NCBI GenBank assembly: GCA_000320545.1
Contig: ADNK01001400.1
Coordinates: 1-64,000 of the forward strand
Reading direction: 5' to 3'
From: Bigelowiella natans CCMP2755
Taxonomy: Eukaryota; Protista; Cercozoa
Length of the DNA stretch: 64,000 nucleotides
Position numbers and translations under genes: made by a program. Below, in pieces: positions 1-13,534 of the stretch. The notes beneath the pieces were generated by a model. It was not told where the DNA came from. It did not search any database and saw nothing but the letters and a program-made list of their open reading frames with translations. Numbering within the stretch: the first letter of the stretch is position 1; each line of letters begins with the position of its first letter.

Positions 1-37
<37 letters not shown>

Positions 38-164
38 TACTTCCACAACCTGGATATATGAATACCTTCGATAGTTCCCGTCTTCCGCATCTTCTTTTTT
101 TTTTAAATTTCTTCCTTCCTTGTCTCTCCCCCCCCCCCCCCTTTTTCTCTTCCCCCTCTTCAAG

Positions 165-313
165 AAGGGTACAAGAGCCTCCGCCTTATCCACTTCTTCA
201 CCACGGGTACGGATGAGGTCAAGTGTTGGACAATACGAAATGGGTAATCATAGATGTCGTTGTGCTTTCTGCTGCTGGCTGCTACAACTATTACCACATA
301 CTCGTATTGCTAT

Positions 314-369
<56 letters not shown>

Positions 370-1005
370 ACTTATGTATTTGTATAAAAGTTTATAAATC
401 TCGTGAAATATATGCTTTGAATCACTAACAAGCGATCGGCTGGAAGACACCCGCACACACACACCCGCACACACACACACACACACACCGTATCTACTTC
501 AGCACAAACGCACAGCGAGCTGCAGGCACGATACACTCCGACATGGAAAGGGGTGAGTAAGCGATACAAACACTTCTATTCTCGCCCTATCATTGTCACG
601 TGACCGGGGCGAAGGCCCTTGTATGCGACCATATACTTCAATAGACCGTCACGCACGATGTCTTCTCAGGCTTCATCTGTGCGGAAACAATGCACTATAG
701 GGACTTCCACAGGTTTTGATTCATATCAACTCCTCTTTATCATACTCGTCATTATCCAACAAGCGGTGCTATTGCTCGTTCCGCATTAAGCTTTCCTCCT
801 CCCCCCCCCCCCCCTCTCCCAAAAAAAACAAATGTTCCATATCTCTTCCTTCGTCTCCTTTCGTGATCTTTGATCTACCCTCTAAATACAGGCTGGGGTC
901 GGAGGCAGAAGTGACTAAAGCTGGGTTGAAGGCCATGCAAGGTAGTAATAGCACGATGCAGCAGCACCAGCAGGAGGAGGAGGAAGAGGAGGAGGAGAAC
1001 AGGGC

Positions 1006-1047
<42 letters not shown>

Positions 1048-1184
1048 GAGAGTGCTGGTGGGACTTTGAATCACCCTCTATGACCTTTCTCTTCTTTTCA
1101 CCAGGGAAAAATTACATCGTTGAGGATGGGGATATAATCTTCTTCAAATTCAACGCGGCTGGAGGAAGCAAAAAGAAGAAATAG
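165..1184 (+). CDS. OLA1: Obg-like ATPase OLA1/YchF, 3' exons (gene starts before the window)
   Basis: Five GT-AG exons (~165-243, 503-553, 670-712, 892-941, 1105-1184) splice in frame to [90 protein letters not shown]...KKKK*. This is the conserved YchF C-terminal TGS domain. Confidence 0.95.
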
Positions 1185-2046
1185 TAACAACAGGCGTCAA
1201 GAGATATATCCTATGATCGGGCCGCAAACCACTTCGCATCCGAGTCGAGCCGCACCCAAGAAACCGTACGACACGTGGTAAGAAGCAATTTTTACACGAT
1301 GGCTGACCATGCAATTAAGAATCCTCAGCGATGCGTTTATTTGAGCCGTCGTGGTAGCTATGTAACGGGCTAGCGGGCTTGTATGGTGATTTGTGCTAGT
1401 CTCTAGAGTCTAGCAGTTTCCAAAGTTTATTTGTACGCTCGTTTTATCTCAGCGGATGCACATGTGCTACGCTACGCTGAACTTCAAATAGCGTCAGTGC
1501 GGGATGCGCTGCAAGGGCTTGTGTCCGTGCGTGCGTGGCGCCCATTCGTATGCGCTGCCATGGTTTCGTCGTATGCATAGCAGCGCTATCTAGCTACATG
1601 CTTGTTAGCTGTGTGGCACGAACCCCTATACTACCTAGCACATTAGCAATAAATAGCGTGACGTGATAATAGCAAGTAAACTAAAGTCAAAAGTCGTAGA
1701 TGTGCAGAAATAGTAAGTTATAGCTGCACGTTTAGATGTTATTAGCGCGGCAGGCAATTGCAGGCAGTAAATGTATCGTGTGGGGCGTGGATACCAGGGT
1801 ATCAGATACATGATGGTACAAATACAACGCTGTATTCCATAAAAATTCTGCTATGTACAGTTGAAAATTTTTGAGGCGGCGTACAAGCGGAAAATGGCTC
1901 TCTCATGCGTACGCAAAGTCACTTCATCCGCAAGCTGATAAATAGATCGCCTGCTGCTACTTACATTTCACTACATCAATAGTCTACTGGTTTTTTCTGC
2001 TGTCTGCAATTTATTCGTTGATAAAGTACAAGCTCCCCATAACCAA

Positions 2047-3290
2047 TCATCCTGAACAATACTTCACGTCATCATCCCAGGCAAACATCGCAGGAGGGAC
2101 GTATTTCGTTCCGTGTCTGAGAAAGTGGAGCTCCGCGCGGATTTTGTCGCGCCAATCGCAAAAGGTTTTATCGTCACTAAAACTCCAGAGAAGCTTGAAG
2201 GTTGTGTTGTGGATCGTAAATACTCGGTTATGGCCTTCCGAGCCGATCAGATTGTTCGCCTGGGGGGGGTTTCTATTTAGCTTCCCAATCTCTGCTACAG
2301 GGTCTGCAAATGCATGAAGCTGACTCTCTTTCCGAATGGGAAATGTGGCAATGATAGTAGAGCGTGGTCCGCGTGCTTTCGCAATGATTAAACCGCAGCT
2401 TCCTGTATTCTCATTTTGCTTGATGTAGCTCCAGCACCGTCTCTCCCACCCCCTCCACCTCTGGTCGGGAACGGTCTCGACGAAGTGCCTGTCGATGTAG
2501 ACGTTGGTAAGATTCATCTTCCGTAGCTTCTCGAACCGCTTGACATAGCATTTTTCAATGGCAAGTGCTCGCTGGTACTGATCCTTCCACGGGACCTTCA
2601 TCTTAGCAGCCCTAGCAGCTCTCCATGTAGTCCATTGTTTCTTTTCGCGCGCGAGCGACGCCATTGCGAGCTGCCGGGCCCCTCGTATGCGCCACTGCCG
2701 CTGGCAGCACCGCCTCCTCCAAAGCGCACAACTTATGCACATTTTTCTCAATGTCTTGCAGGACAGGGCAAGATCGCCGACAGATCTATCGTCAAGGAAG
2801 CTAGCAATCATGCATTGAGTATGTAAGGGGACCTTGAATAGCATGGGCCGCACTTGCACTGCCATGATCTGCTCGTGGCCTTTATTGGTCGCTACTTTCC
2901 AGCGCATTGGTGGATTTTCTACTGCTGCTGGCGTCGAAGGGTGGGAGGAAAGTTGATGTGAGGAGAGATGAGAAAAGTTGCTCGAGTCGCCTACTATCGT
3001 GCTCTCGGAAATATGGAATTGCTTCAGCTTCTTCAACGCAGATGCTGCATCATTAAAGTTTCCGTTCGACTGGTTGATTTCACTGACACTGCCGCTCCCT
3101 TCCTCCTTCCTCTTTTTGGCCCTCTTTTGCCTGAAGAACAATTATTGTGAGCCGGCGGCCACAAGAACCACATTCGGAAGACAACACCTGTTTCTCCTGG
3201 AGTTTTTCTCGAAGCTGTTGTTCTTCTCTTCGCTTTTCGATACGCGCCGATCTTTTAACTCAAGGCGAGACGTTTGATTCGCGCCCATGT
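2047..3290 (-). CDS. F-box protein with C-terminal PH-like domain; 5' end unresolved (may extend to ~3990)
   Basis: ORF 2047-3141 contains the F-box-like segment LFKVPLHTQCMIASFLDDRSVGDLALSCKTLRKMCISCALW. A 57-nt GT-AG intron (3131-3187) removes the in-frame stop that separates it from the upstream ORF. The C-terminus has a PH-like pattern ending in helix TFCDWRDKIRAEL. Confidence 0.65.
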
Positions 3291-4263
3291 ACTTTGAAAG
3301 TGGACGCTCCGCCTGGCGTCGATTCGGGCACTCGGAATATGGAAGCGTTCTGAGAGGGCAGAGGTAAAGGGCATTTAGGAATCGCGACATCACATGTGTT
3401 CGCGTATTCTTTAAATTATAGGCCATTTTTTTACTTACGGAAAAGAACTGCTGCTGCATATCCAGCCTGTCGGTGCTTCTTCGTTGCTTCCTTGCTCTAA
3501 GGAGGAAATCTAGGCAATTTTGTGTCTTCTATCATAGATGGACCTTGTCGCTGATACGAGTTCCCTATCGTCAAACACTCATACCCCACCCTCTGTCGCC
3601 GCTTTGTACAGGCTAAGAAAAGAATCCACAATTTCGGATATTCTGATGATGTTTTTTGGTCTCATATTTCGCAACAACTGTAACAACACTGTTGCGCCGT
3701 GCTTGTGCCTGCGACTAACTCCCTCCCAGACGCAGCCGGCGACATTCGTGCATTGAGAAGCAGCAAGGGACTCAGATAGAAACCCCAATCTCGGCGCCCT
3801 CGCTTGCTCGTGCAGACCCTGTTCAACAAGATCCTTCGCCATTCTCCCCCGAACAATCCATCTCGTCTCTGCGCATCAGAACTTCGAGGCCATACCCTTC
3901 TCCCGCGAGTCGCTTGGGACGGACGGTTGATTCTCTCTTCAGCAGGTGGGTCGCAGAATACTTTTGGGCCCCTAGCGTCTACTCTCATGTGCTCGATCCT
4001 GTGCACGGAGTGCAAGTTGTAACTGTATGAGCGATAATTCACAAGTGATTGGGGTTTGTAGCCTCTTGCTTGCTCTTGTCTGGAATTTCATGCAACTCAC
4101 GCGACTGTACCATATCATTTTTTAGTATTTCTTATTTTGTTTGTATATACTGTGGCAGCGCATTCACCGATCTTTATCGCAGCAAGCTCCGTCACCGCAA
4201 GCTGAAATAGGGTATCGCAATCCTTGATATTGGGGATCAAGTGAGAGATTTCCACACTACGAT

Positions 4264-5222
4264 ATGTACGTACCAACCGATGAAGAGCTGGCAGCAGCTG
4301 TGAAAAGTTTCCTAAAAAATGCGGATCTCGAAACCGTGACGTCTAAACGAATCCGTAAGGGACTTGAGGCCAAGTTTAAGTGCAAACTCAAGGCACGTAA
4401 AGGCTTCATTGAGAAGGCGGCTTTGGCCGAGATGGAGAGGATGGAAAACGAAACGTCAAAGCGTGAGGAGGAAAAGAAGGTGGATCGGGACGAGGACAGT
4501 GATGAGGAAGAAGATTCCGATGACCAGCCTATTGCACCTCGCAAGCGCCCAGTCAAGTCACAGAAAGCGCCAGCTAAGAAGCCAGCTAAGGCAGAAGTCA
4601 CTACGATCATGGAGAATGGGGTAAACGATTGTCATATTTCTATTCTGAATCTCTCTTGATCATCATCGTCATCATCGTCATCATCGTCATCACTATCATC
4701 CATACTTCACCAAGGTATTCTACTCTCGAACTGGACGGCCACAAAGAAAAAGCCAAGCAAAGAAGCAGATTGCTGCTCAAATGCGACGATCACGCAAACG
4801 CACAACGTCAGCTGAAAGCGGAGGGAGTTCTGATGGTAAGAAGAAGCGCAAAAATGGGTTTTCGAAGCCGATGGCTGTAACCTCCCAATCTCTTCGGAAT
4901 TTCCTCGGGAAGGATACAATGCCACGTGGCGAGGCTGCGAAGAAGATATGGGACTACTTGAAAAAGAACTGCGAGCAAAATGAAAAGGACAGAAGGTAGC
5001 ACAGCGGCAGAAAAATAATGGATATGAAGAGCACCAACCCGAATTAACATCACCTTCGAGAACCCACAACTTTCTCTAACTTATAAATGTTTAAAACCTG
5101 TCAGGGAGCGGCTCCTTGATGAGACCTTGAATAACATATTCAAAGTGAAGAAGGTTTCGTATTTTTCTCTTCAGAAACACCTCAGCAAACATATGAAAGA
5201 TCCAGATCTTATCGGGATGTAG
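4264..5222 (+). CDS. DEK-C + SWIB/MDM2 domain protein (UAF30/Spp27/Tri1-like)
   Basis: N-terminus PTDEELAAAVKSFLKNADLETVTSKRIRKGLEAKF is DEK-C-like. Later exons give GFSKPMAVTSQSLRNFLGKDTMPRGEAAKKIWDYLKKN...DETLNNIFKVKKVSYFSLQKHLSKHM (SWIB). Stop TAG at 5220-5222. Confidence 0.88.
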
Positions 5223-5672
5223 GTGTGCTATTATTTTGCAGTAAACACGACCACACGATATCTGTCGGATGCATATGACGATATCGTGAAGCACATGCAC
5301 ACGCACGATGGGCACAAGCTTCACCAACCTGTTGCCTGCACGTCTAGACTTGACGACTTGACCATATGAGACGGAAGTAATGAATAAATTAAACGCTTTC
5401 GATGGTCATCCTAATAGCTATTACTTGGCCATGTGATACACCAATATGCTTATACAATGCAGCGCCGCCCATGCATCAATAGCTAGACAGTGTAGCGACA
5501 TTGTTACCGCCCTCATATAGCGGCACGTATACAGTCATGCTCGATTCATTTATTCTACTTTGCACAAAAAAGCCTTGCCCACATCATCATCATGATGGTC
5601 CGCATCGCGGAATCACATGTCATCATTTACATGCTTGCATGCTTGCGCTGCGTGGACAGCAGTCAGCGTGTG

Positions 5673-5750
5673 ACTGTGAGTGGTTTTTGCCTTTGAACCA
5701 CTCATGGTTCGCGAACTATGAGTGGTTCAAAGGCAAAAACCACTCACAGT
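5673..5750. repeat. 78-bp near-perfect palindrome (foldback/MITE-like)
   Basis: ACTGTGAGTGGTTTTTGCCTTTGAACCACTCAT-g-GTTCGCGAAC-t-ATGAGTGGTTCAAAGGCAAAAACCACTCACAGT. The arms are exact reverse complements apart from one G:T pair. Confidence 0.9.
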
Positions 5751-6223
5751 GACTGCCTAAGAGAGAGCCCTAATCACCTAATAAGTAATCGCTCAGCTGC
5801 TTGTAAAGAGCATGGCCAGAAGGGCCTAGGATCGATGTATGTATGCAATGGCGCTAGCTAGTAGAGCATATAGCATATCGATGAAGCAGCACACGAAGAT
5901 GGCGCGGCGCATGTCTATAGAGATGTGCGACTTTACAACTTGTTAGCGCTATATAAACACTACGCAATGGAGATGGATCATTTGCAGCAGGCTAGCAGGC
6001 GCGCGTACATGTGTCGTAGTAGTGCGTGTGTATGCTGTGCATCCATCCGCAAATGTACAAACACGGGATCATGGCTAGCAACGAAATGCATGATGCTTCA
6101 CTGCCGGTATTCATTAACTGTGCCGACAAAGGAGTTTCCAAACAAAGCAGTTCAATTCTGCAACAGATCAGTACCAATGCTCTGCCTTTAGGCTAGAAAC
6201 GAAGCAGTGCATAGATTTGAACA

Positions 6224-8199
6224 TTATTTTTCTTTTTCTTTCTCTAGAGCAGCCTTAGTTTTCTCATCCACTATCTTGATGGTGCAAACGTATTTTTTTC
6301 CGGATGAAACCTTGAAATCGCTCGCAACAGCATCTGTGTCGTCCCATATGTACAACTCTATATCTGTTCCAACGGGCAGACTCTCTGTATCAAATGACAA
6401 TTTGCCCACCCATCCACATCCCTTTTCTTGGCGTACCCGCAGAGTATCAAAAGCTGGAAGTTTCTCAATAACTTTCTCCTTTTTTTCCGAGGCTTTCTTT
6501 CGTCTCCTCACTTTTTTAGGCTGGTCATCTTCAGCTGGAGATTCGGGTTTCTTTTTAATTTTTATCTTCATTTCCCCTTTTACATCGACGGGCCCGGCAA
6601 CAATAAATATAGGCTTATCAGGGTCATAAGAGCTGCGAACAGTTTGCAAGAACTCAGGGGAGAGCTTTGGGGTGACTTCTTTCACGCTATCTCCAAACTC
6701 AAACACCAGATCCTCGTCGTCGTTTTCCTCGCATTTGACTTTGCCGGACATGCAAAGTGTTCGACCGGACTCGAAGAGGTTGAACGACCCATCGTAGTGG
6801 CAAGCCACTATGCACGGCTCGAACGCCTGTTCGGGTAGGAGTATGTGAGGCTTCTCCACCCGTGACAACACTGTTTCTATCTTGGACCCAGCAGCAGGGG
6901 GCTCCTGCGTCGCCTCCCCTTTAATCTCGGATTCCTTCTCCACTTCTTCCGGGTTCGTTGTCTCCTGTCCTTCCTTAGCCTCCTCCCCCTCCCTCTCTGC
7001 ACGAAGGGCCATGCAGAGGAACCAGGATTCCTTTTCCATCTTACCGTTTATCCAGTTACCATCGTAGACATACCCGGACGACTTGTGCTCCCAGGCACCC
7101 TCACCGTGCCTCCGGTCCTCAAAAAAGGCGCCCTTGTAGACGCTGAATTCCGTATGTTCCTCTGATTCCTCATCTTTCCGGTACTCTGTCTCGACTCCAA
7201 CTCCGTGACGAACTCCTCTACGAACAACCAGGCAGGCCAACTGCTCTCCGTCTGTATCATTCATAGGACTCCATCCCTTCTCATGTTTCAGCCACACGTC
7301 CTTCTTGCAGATGACGTCAAATGGCTGCCCTACTGGGAGAAGGCCGATACAGCGGGAGTGTACAAACGGCTGGGGGTACTTGTTGAAAATCTTCAAAGGC
7401 TTTTCATTTGCCATCCACTTCTCGCTGAGGGCCCACTGTCCTTCGTACGAAAGTTCTCCACTGCTTGTGAGGTACCTTCCCTTTCCACTTGGGTACCCCT
7501 GGCGAAATTCCCCCTCATATTCGTCGCCATTCTTCCATCGTTGCCAGCCTTGACCTTCTTTGTAATTCTCATTGAAGGACCCGCTATACTCTCCGTGGGT
7601 GTCTTGCAATGTACCCTACCAGTGATAACGGACATTTTCACTCACACTCATTTTGTACAGATAATGAAGCACAATAAAATGGAGAGAGATGGAAAGCGAT
7701 ACACATACACTCACACTCGATCGAGTGAATACGCGGTGCTGTGTCGTGTTGTACCTATGTGTACGTGCGTGCGTGCCGCACATTTTTTTTAATCGTTTCA
7801 TTATTTACCTGGCCATGCATGAGTCCCTCGAAGAAGTCACCCTTGTATACACGACCGTCCGCATATTTCCGAATGCCTTTTCCCGTGATCTGCCCGTTTT
7901 TAAATTCCCCTACGTAATAGTTATCATTTCCATCCTGGTCTCCCAGCAAGAGACGGCCCTGTTCATAAAATCGTAGAAGAGATCAAGATCGATGTGATAT
8001 CCAATTCAGAATCTATCGAGATAGTTTGGTAAACACTCACCTTGCCCTCCTTAATGTTGCGCTTGAAACTACCGGCATATGCGAAGAAGGAATTTGAATA
8101 AACATACTCGCCCTCGCCGTGGCGAATATGAACATCATCACCACCCATGCTCTTCATCTTGATCAGATCGCCTTTGTAAGCCCCTGGAAACTCCCACAT
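6224..8199 (-). CDS. MORN-repeat protein
   Basis: Three exons (ORFs 7963-8199, 7755-7949, 6224-7609) carry many Y.G.F..G...G.G MORN motifs, e.g. YVGEFKNGQITGKG, YEGEFRQGYPSGKG, YKGAFFEDRRHGEG. Confidence 0.88.
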
Positions 8200-9198
8200 C
8201 GCCTAAATGAAGCGTAAAATCATTCAAAACGTTCAGGAAAACGCTGAAGACCCAGAACGAGAGCATTTTCTGGGAGGGACATCGACGATTTGACTGACAT
8301 CATCTAGGGCTGCCATATTTCCCCGGGCTGGAAGCTGCTCGAGGTCCCGGGTTGTGCAGCAACTCAACGGAGGTAGTTTCGGTTACGATCCCACAGCTGC
8401 TGTCCGAGTACGAGAGAGCAGAGTTGTCGTCGGGTTCGTCGGGGCCAAGCAGAAGCACTATTTTTGCCGATAATATCGGAATAAATATTGTCGCAACAGA
8501 AAGACTGCCTGCGTTCAAAACTCGAAACCACACCACTGCGGTTTTTTTGAGCCGGGATTTCGAAAGATTGGGTTTCAAAAAGGTTGTCGCAGAGGTGTGG
8601 CCTCCAGTAATTTCGAACTTCGTTTGAGCCCCTGGTTAGGCTTTTCGAAGAGCAGCTTTCTTCCGGCCACCCCCTTCCTGTGCTCCGCTCCATCGTGGAA
8701 GCTGAGGATCCCCCATGTTAGGGTCTTTCAAGAGGTAATTTAAACGTTTCCATTTTATTCAGTACGGCAAGTTTGGAGACAAAAAATTCAACTCTGTCTT
8801 CGAGAAGTAGGATGAGTACAAAAGAGCAGCTAAATCACATCGGAGGAAGAGAACCTGCTTCCTTTTGAAGCATTTTCTTGTTCTGAGCATCCAACCTTCG
8901 AGAATCTGTTCTATTGTCAATATTTTAATCTATGGTGCACTTGGTTCGTTCGTGTTGTACTCCAACAATGTGTCGTAAATTTTCCGATCGCGGTGACAGA
9001 TTTGCTCGGAGGACTTTTGCGACGTTTAAGAAGGCCCCTGGGCGAAGGGCCGAAAAAAAATCATGGAAGAAGTCGTCCTGGAAAGGATACTTTTCAAGAA
9101 TATATTCCCCTGGCCTGAGAAGTATACGAGAAAAACCATTTTTCTTAACCAACATGAGCTGATGAGACATTTTTCTAGGACTTCTTCTCGGAACGTCT

Positions 9199-10777
9199 AT
9201 GGTCGCTCCCATGTATAGAGGTAATGGTCTTTTTTTTTTTATCGTATGCGTTTGAAATATATGGAATCTGCGACACTTCTCAACCGCATGTATGCTTTCT
9301 TTCGCAGATGAGGACAAGAAGCACCGGTTCCAGCCTGACTTCCGTCGATTCCGGAGTAGTTCACCAAATGCCAAGCAGACGGAGGGAGGAGTTCAGGGGG
9401 CGCACCAGGTAACATTCTCTGACTTTGAAGTTTTCCTATGTCAACTTATTCGCAAATTATTGCTTGAATATTTTATGGCAAAAAAAGACCCCGCGAATGT
9501 CTCAGATGATAATGAAGTTTTTCGGGAAGAGGTGCGTTGGGCTTGCACAACTAGGTACAGCTCCATGTCACCACATTCACAGTATCCCTCTCACATTTAT
9601 TCTCTATATAATCCCAAGGTATGTTCGCTGCCGCTCACAATATCCCTGAGGACGATGAGGCAAAGGAACGCAAGCCGTTCCAAAATCTCGACGACATATT
9701 CAATATGGTACGGATTAGTGAGGAGGAGGTTGGGAAGAAAGAAACAAAACAGTCTTGCCCGTGTTTTTTTGAAGAAATGCATGAATTTAAGCCACATGTC
9801 TTTGCAGGGAGATCGGAAGGGGAAGGTAGAGAGGAAACGGACGGCGGAAGGCACCCCTAGAAAGTCACCTGCGGCTGACTCGCGATCAGCGGCAAGAGCG
9901 CATCCTGAGCAAAAGACAAGTACGGGAGCCACCAACCAGACTCCCCACCCTTCGAAGGAAGATATTATGTACTTCGAGAAGAGAGTCACCAGTGGAGGCG
10001 TTCTCGTCCTTAGATCTGAGGACATAGTAGCAGGCCGCTGGGAGGCACTGTCCTCCTACCTCAAGTACACACCGCGGGTCACGATATTAAGACTGCAGGT
10101 CAAAAATAATCAATTTTGCGTCTTCTTCCTCCTACTCCTCCTCGATGGCATGCATAAATGATATTTTATGGATGGTGCGGACTCACCCATCATACCCACT
10201 CCTCAGGGTGTGGAGATTACGACGAAGGAACTTAATATCATCGGAGCGAGCTTGAAGGAAATAAGGCACATCACCTTTTGCGACAATTCCATAGGCCTTA
10301 ACCAGGTGGGCTGAATTTTCGATGCTACAATCGTTGGATGTGTAAAGCCGTGTGGAGACAGATTACTCACCCATTTATTGCGGTTCTCTCTGTTCGTAAC
10401 TCAGGGGGCTTTCGAAGTGTTGTGTGCAACATTGCTCTGTTGCAGCTTACTGGAGTCGACCTCAATCGTCCGCAACTCGCTCGACGATGAGCACATTCCT
10501 CAAATCGTAGAATTAGTGTCCAAGCACTCCTCTCTGAAGGAGCTCTCTCTCTGTTGGAACGGAATCGGGGACAAGGTAGAAACGCCATGCGCAGAATCGC
10601 CTCAAGCGCCCCTCCGTCCTCCTCTCCACTTGCCCAATTCAATCCATTTTTCGCTTTGTTGTATATTGTCTGTTTTTGATGTACATGTTTGGATGATTAG
10701 GGGGCTTTACACCTCGCGCAAGCATTGGAGGATATGAGCCAGGCTGTCACGTTATCCCTGCGCTTACTCGATTTGAG
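9199..10777 (+). CDS. Leucine-rich repeat protein (RI/NLRC3-like LRRs); both ends uncertain
   Basis: Exon peptides ...YLKYTPRVTILRLQ, GCGITTKELNIIGASLKEIRHITFCDNSIG, LESTSIVRNSLDDEHIPQIVELVSKHSSLKELSLCWNGIGDK and GALHLAQALED...LRLLDL fit RI-type LRRs. Confidence 0.7.
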
Positions 10778-12231
10778 GTTTGTTGTCTTTCACACCGTTA
10801 GCCGTTGCTAGGGACATACTATATACTACGCCCTCTTGATGGAATGCGATTTGTTTCCTACACGCCAGCTACAACCGAATTGGATCTCTTGGACGTGAAA
10901 AATTGGAAGCTTTCAGAGGGAAGGATTGGCGAAATATGTATGGCGATCCTCTTTGTATTCAATGGAAGCCCCAAGCGGGCGGAGATTGTTCAACTACTAC
11001 CACTGCTGCCACCATACGCACCAAAAGCTAGCCATGCTCCATTAAATCTTATGACACATATTTCCGTTAAAAGAAACAATTACATCGAGTCTTTAGGATA
11101 AATATTGCATAGCTAGAGAATGTTTCCCGGTTTTTGTTTGCCACATTAGTTTCGTTGGTGCTGTACAGTATTGTTGTGGTGATGAAAGCAAATAATAGCC
11201 CATTTGGACCAGCGAACTTGTTCTTCGATTGTTTGTCTCTTCATGAAGATATTACGAGATATTTGTAAGATGAGGAGATAGGCCTTTTATAAATTAAAAA
11301 GTGTATAGAAACAGAGCTGTATAGAGATGAGAGCCCCCCAATTAAAAGGTGCTAGCGAGGTTTACATGTTTGGGTGTATGTGTGTGGTTGGATGAGATAA
11401 AGAGATTTAGATAATGGGGCCCCTCTCTGTCTCTACCGTGTACGTGTGTGTAAATTCTACGAATTTATAAGTTCTCGCTACGCAGTGTCATATGTGTGTA
11501 TTCTGCGTGCGTGACAACAACTATAGCGTAATGCTATGACATGCTGGCGCTGCACGTACGTACACGGCACGCGCCGGCCATTGCACGTTATGGTGCAGGT
11601 ATACAGGCGTGAGTTGTCGATTCGTGCGCACGATACGCCGCCATGCATCTAGCATAGCCGATCGATGCCGGCTAGCTAGCTACCTGCTACTAGCCTGCTG
11701 GCGGGATGATCAATGTCAACAACTGGGCTTGAGTTTTCACTACTGCTCGAAATGCTAGTAGATACTTAGAATAATGGCACGATCTAAGCTACACAAATGT
11801 GCCCGTCGCCGCCCCCTCACGCGCCCGCCGCCGCGAAACATGTCGTCACATTTCATGGCTCCGGCTCTCCTACTTACATGCTAGCATGCAGACGCCTCTG
11901 CTAGATCTAGCTAGACATATCTAGGGCTAGAGAGTACGATGCTGCCTTGGCCGCGCGCTATTGGTCTCCAGGTAATCTAGTAATCTTCTCGCTGCTAGTT
12001 ATCTATAACATTCTAGACATTATGATGTAATTAACACTTAGTATATGTATGTCTATTACACTTAACACGCGCTCTTTACGTGATTCTTGTCCACAATATA
12101 AAAATGTCCATCTATGTAATACCGCGCACTTGTTAGAATAGCTGTAGAGACTGCCCGCAGCAAGGCTTTTCGTTCATAACGATTTGAAACTGTGATATCT
12201 TGTTCATTTAAACCTTGTTGCAATATCTAGA

Positions 12232-13534
12232 TTAGCTCTCTGACTTTGAATTTTCTCCCCGTGCGACCGGAGACTTGGGATGCTTTTTCTTTTTGCGGCT
12301 TCGTCGTTTTTTTGTGGTTCTATTCTGCTGTTTAGCTGCTCTTTGCTTCATCATCCATTCCATTTGTGCTTCACCAAACCCGTAGTCAATCTTTGGTTTC
12401 ATGTTGTCAAACAGTCGTGTCGGTGCATATGCTCCAGGCCCAACATCATTAACATTTCCAGGGCCTTGATGAAGCATAACTCCTAAATATCAGGGATTTG
12501 AAATATTAGTCAATGCATCGATACCATTCAGAAGATCAATGCATTGCTTTCATGTGACTGTTTGGCAGATCTGTAATGAATACCATACCGTTTTTCAATA
12601 TTCCTGTCGCCATTGCCTTCGATCTGTCTTGCCTTTTATCGAATTTTGTACCGAATCTGTGCGCAGTTGCTGCCCCCTTCCTACTATCTGTTTTGTAGCT
12701 CGGACTATACTTGGGTCCAGGAGCCCCGCCCTTTTTTAATCCCGAGGAGAATCTCTGTGCCTTGCCCATCCCGGCTAAGGAAAAAAAAAAAGAAAAAAAA
12801 ATCAACATCTTTTCTCTGACGTTAAGGAAGGGTAGCAAAGAAAGTAGACTACCAACTGCTGGTTTGACTTTTCCGTAGAGAGGTTCGTTGGTAACGTCTC
12901 TGTTCAAAGTATGCCCAACGTCTGCTATTTCACTAGGATCTTCTATCCGATACATGTAGCCTCCATCGCTCATCTTGGCATTGAGGTACCAGGCACGGTC
13001 TCTATTTCTGGGTCTCACTACCTGCTTTCCATTTGGACCCTTATTGACCACAACCAATCCTCCATCTCGATCGATGCCATACGAGAATCCCGCCTGCTTC
13101 TTCGACTGGGAAGTACTACCGACCTGCGGGAGATATACCGGCCCGGGAGAAATTGTTTTCTCGGCTCTCTCTGGGAAGCGTTCGTCCTTTGTCCATGTTG
13201 ATTTTGAAGTGTTATATGCACGGTTGTCGTTAGGATGCCTTGGACCTCTTGCGTTTGCTCGCTGCTTCAAGGAGGGAAATGGCTTTCCGTGAGAATGGAA
13301 CTGCATGTATCCAATTTCAGCATCGAGTGTAGTCTTTTCCTCTGGACGATAATAGCCATTGTTGGTAAGGCTTCCCTTCAAAAATATGTCCCTCTGTAAA
13401 GGTCTAGTAGGCTTGGCGATACGAGCTGCCTTTGGCTCCTTGTGAATTAACCCCATTTGAGCAAAATCTTTGGACATGGGCTGGTCTGTATCATATGATT
13501 TCGCGAATCGCGAAGATTTTCCGAAACGAGGCAT
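12232..13534 (-). CDS. SHIPPO-1/ODF3-like flagellar PGP-repeat protein
   Basis: Repeated PGPxY motifs followed by F-G-rich spacers: ISPGPVYLP, GAPGPKYSP, VGPGAYAP. Spliced ORFs 12536-13534 and 12232-12477. Confidence 0.7.

Noticed and set aside
1-569. CVCVCV / ERERER / SLSLSL ORFs here and throughout
   Set aside because: Translations of intronic dinucleotide microsatellites.
3142-3144. In-frame TAA between two abutting ORFs, suggesting stop-codon reassignment or readthrough
   Set aside because: It lies within a 57-nt GT-AG intron (3131-3187), and other genes end at normal TAA/TAG/TGA.
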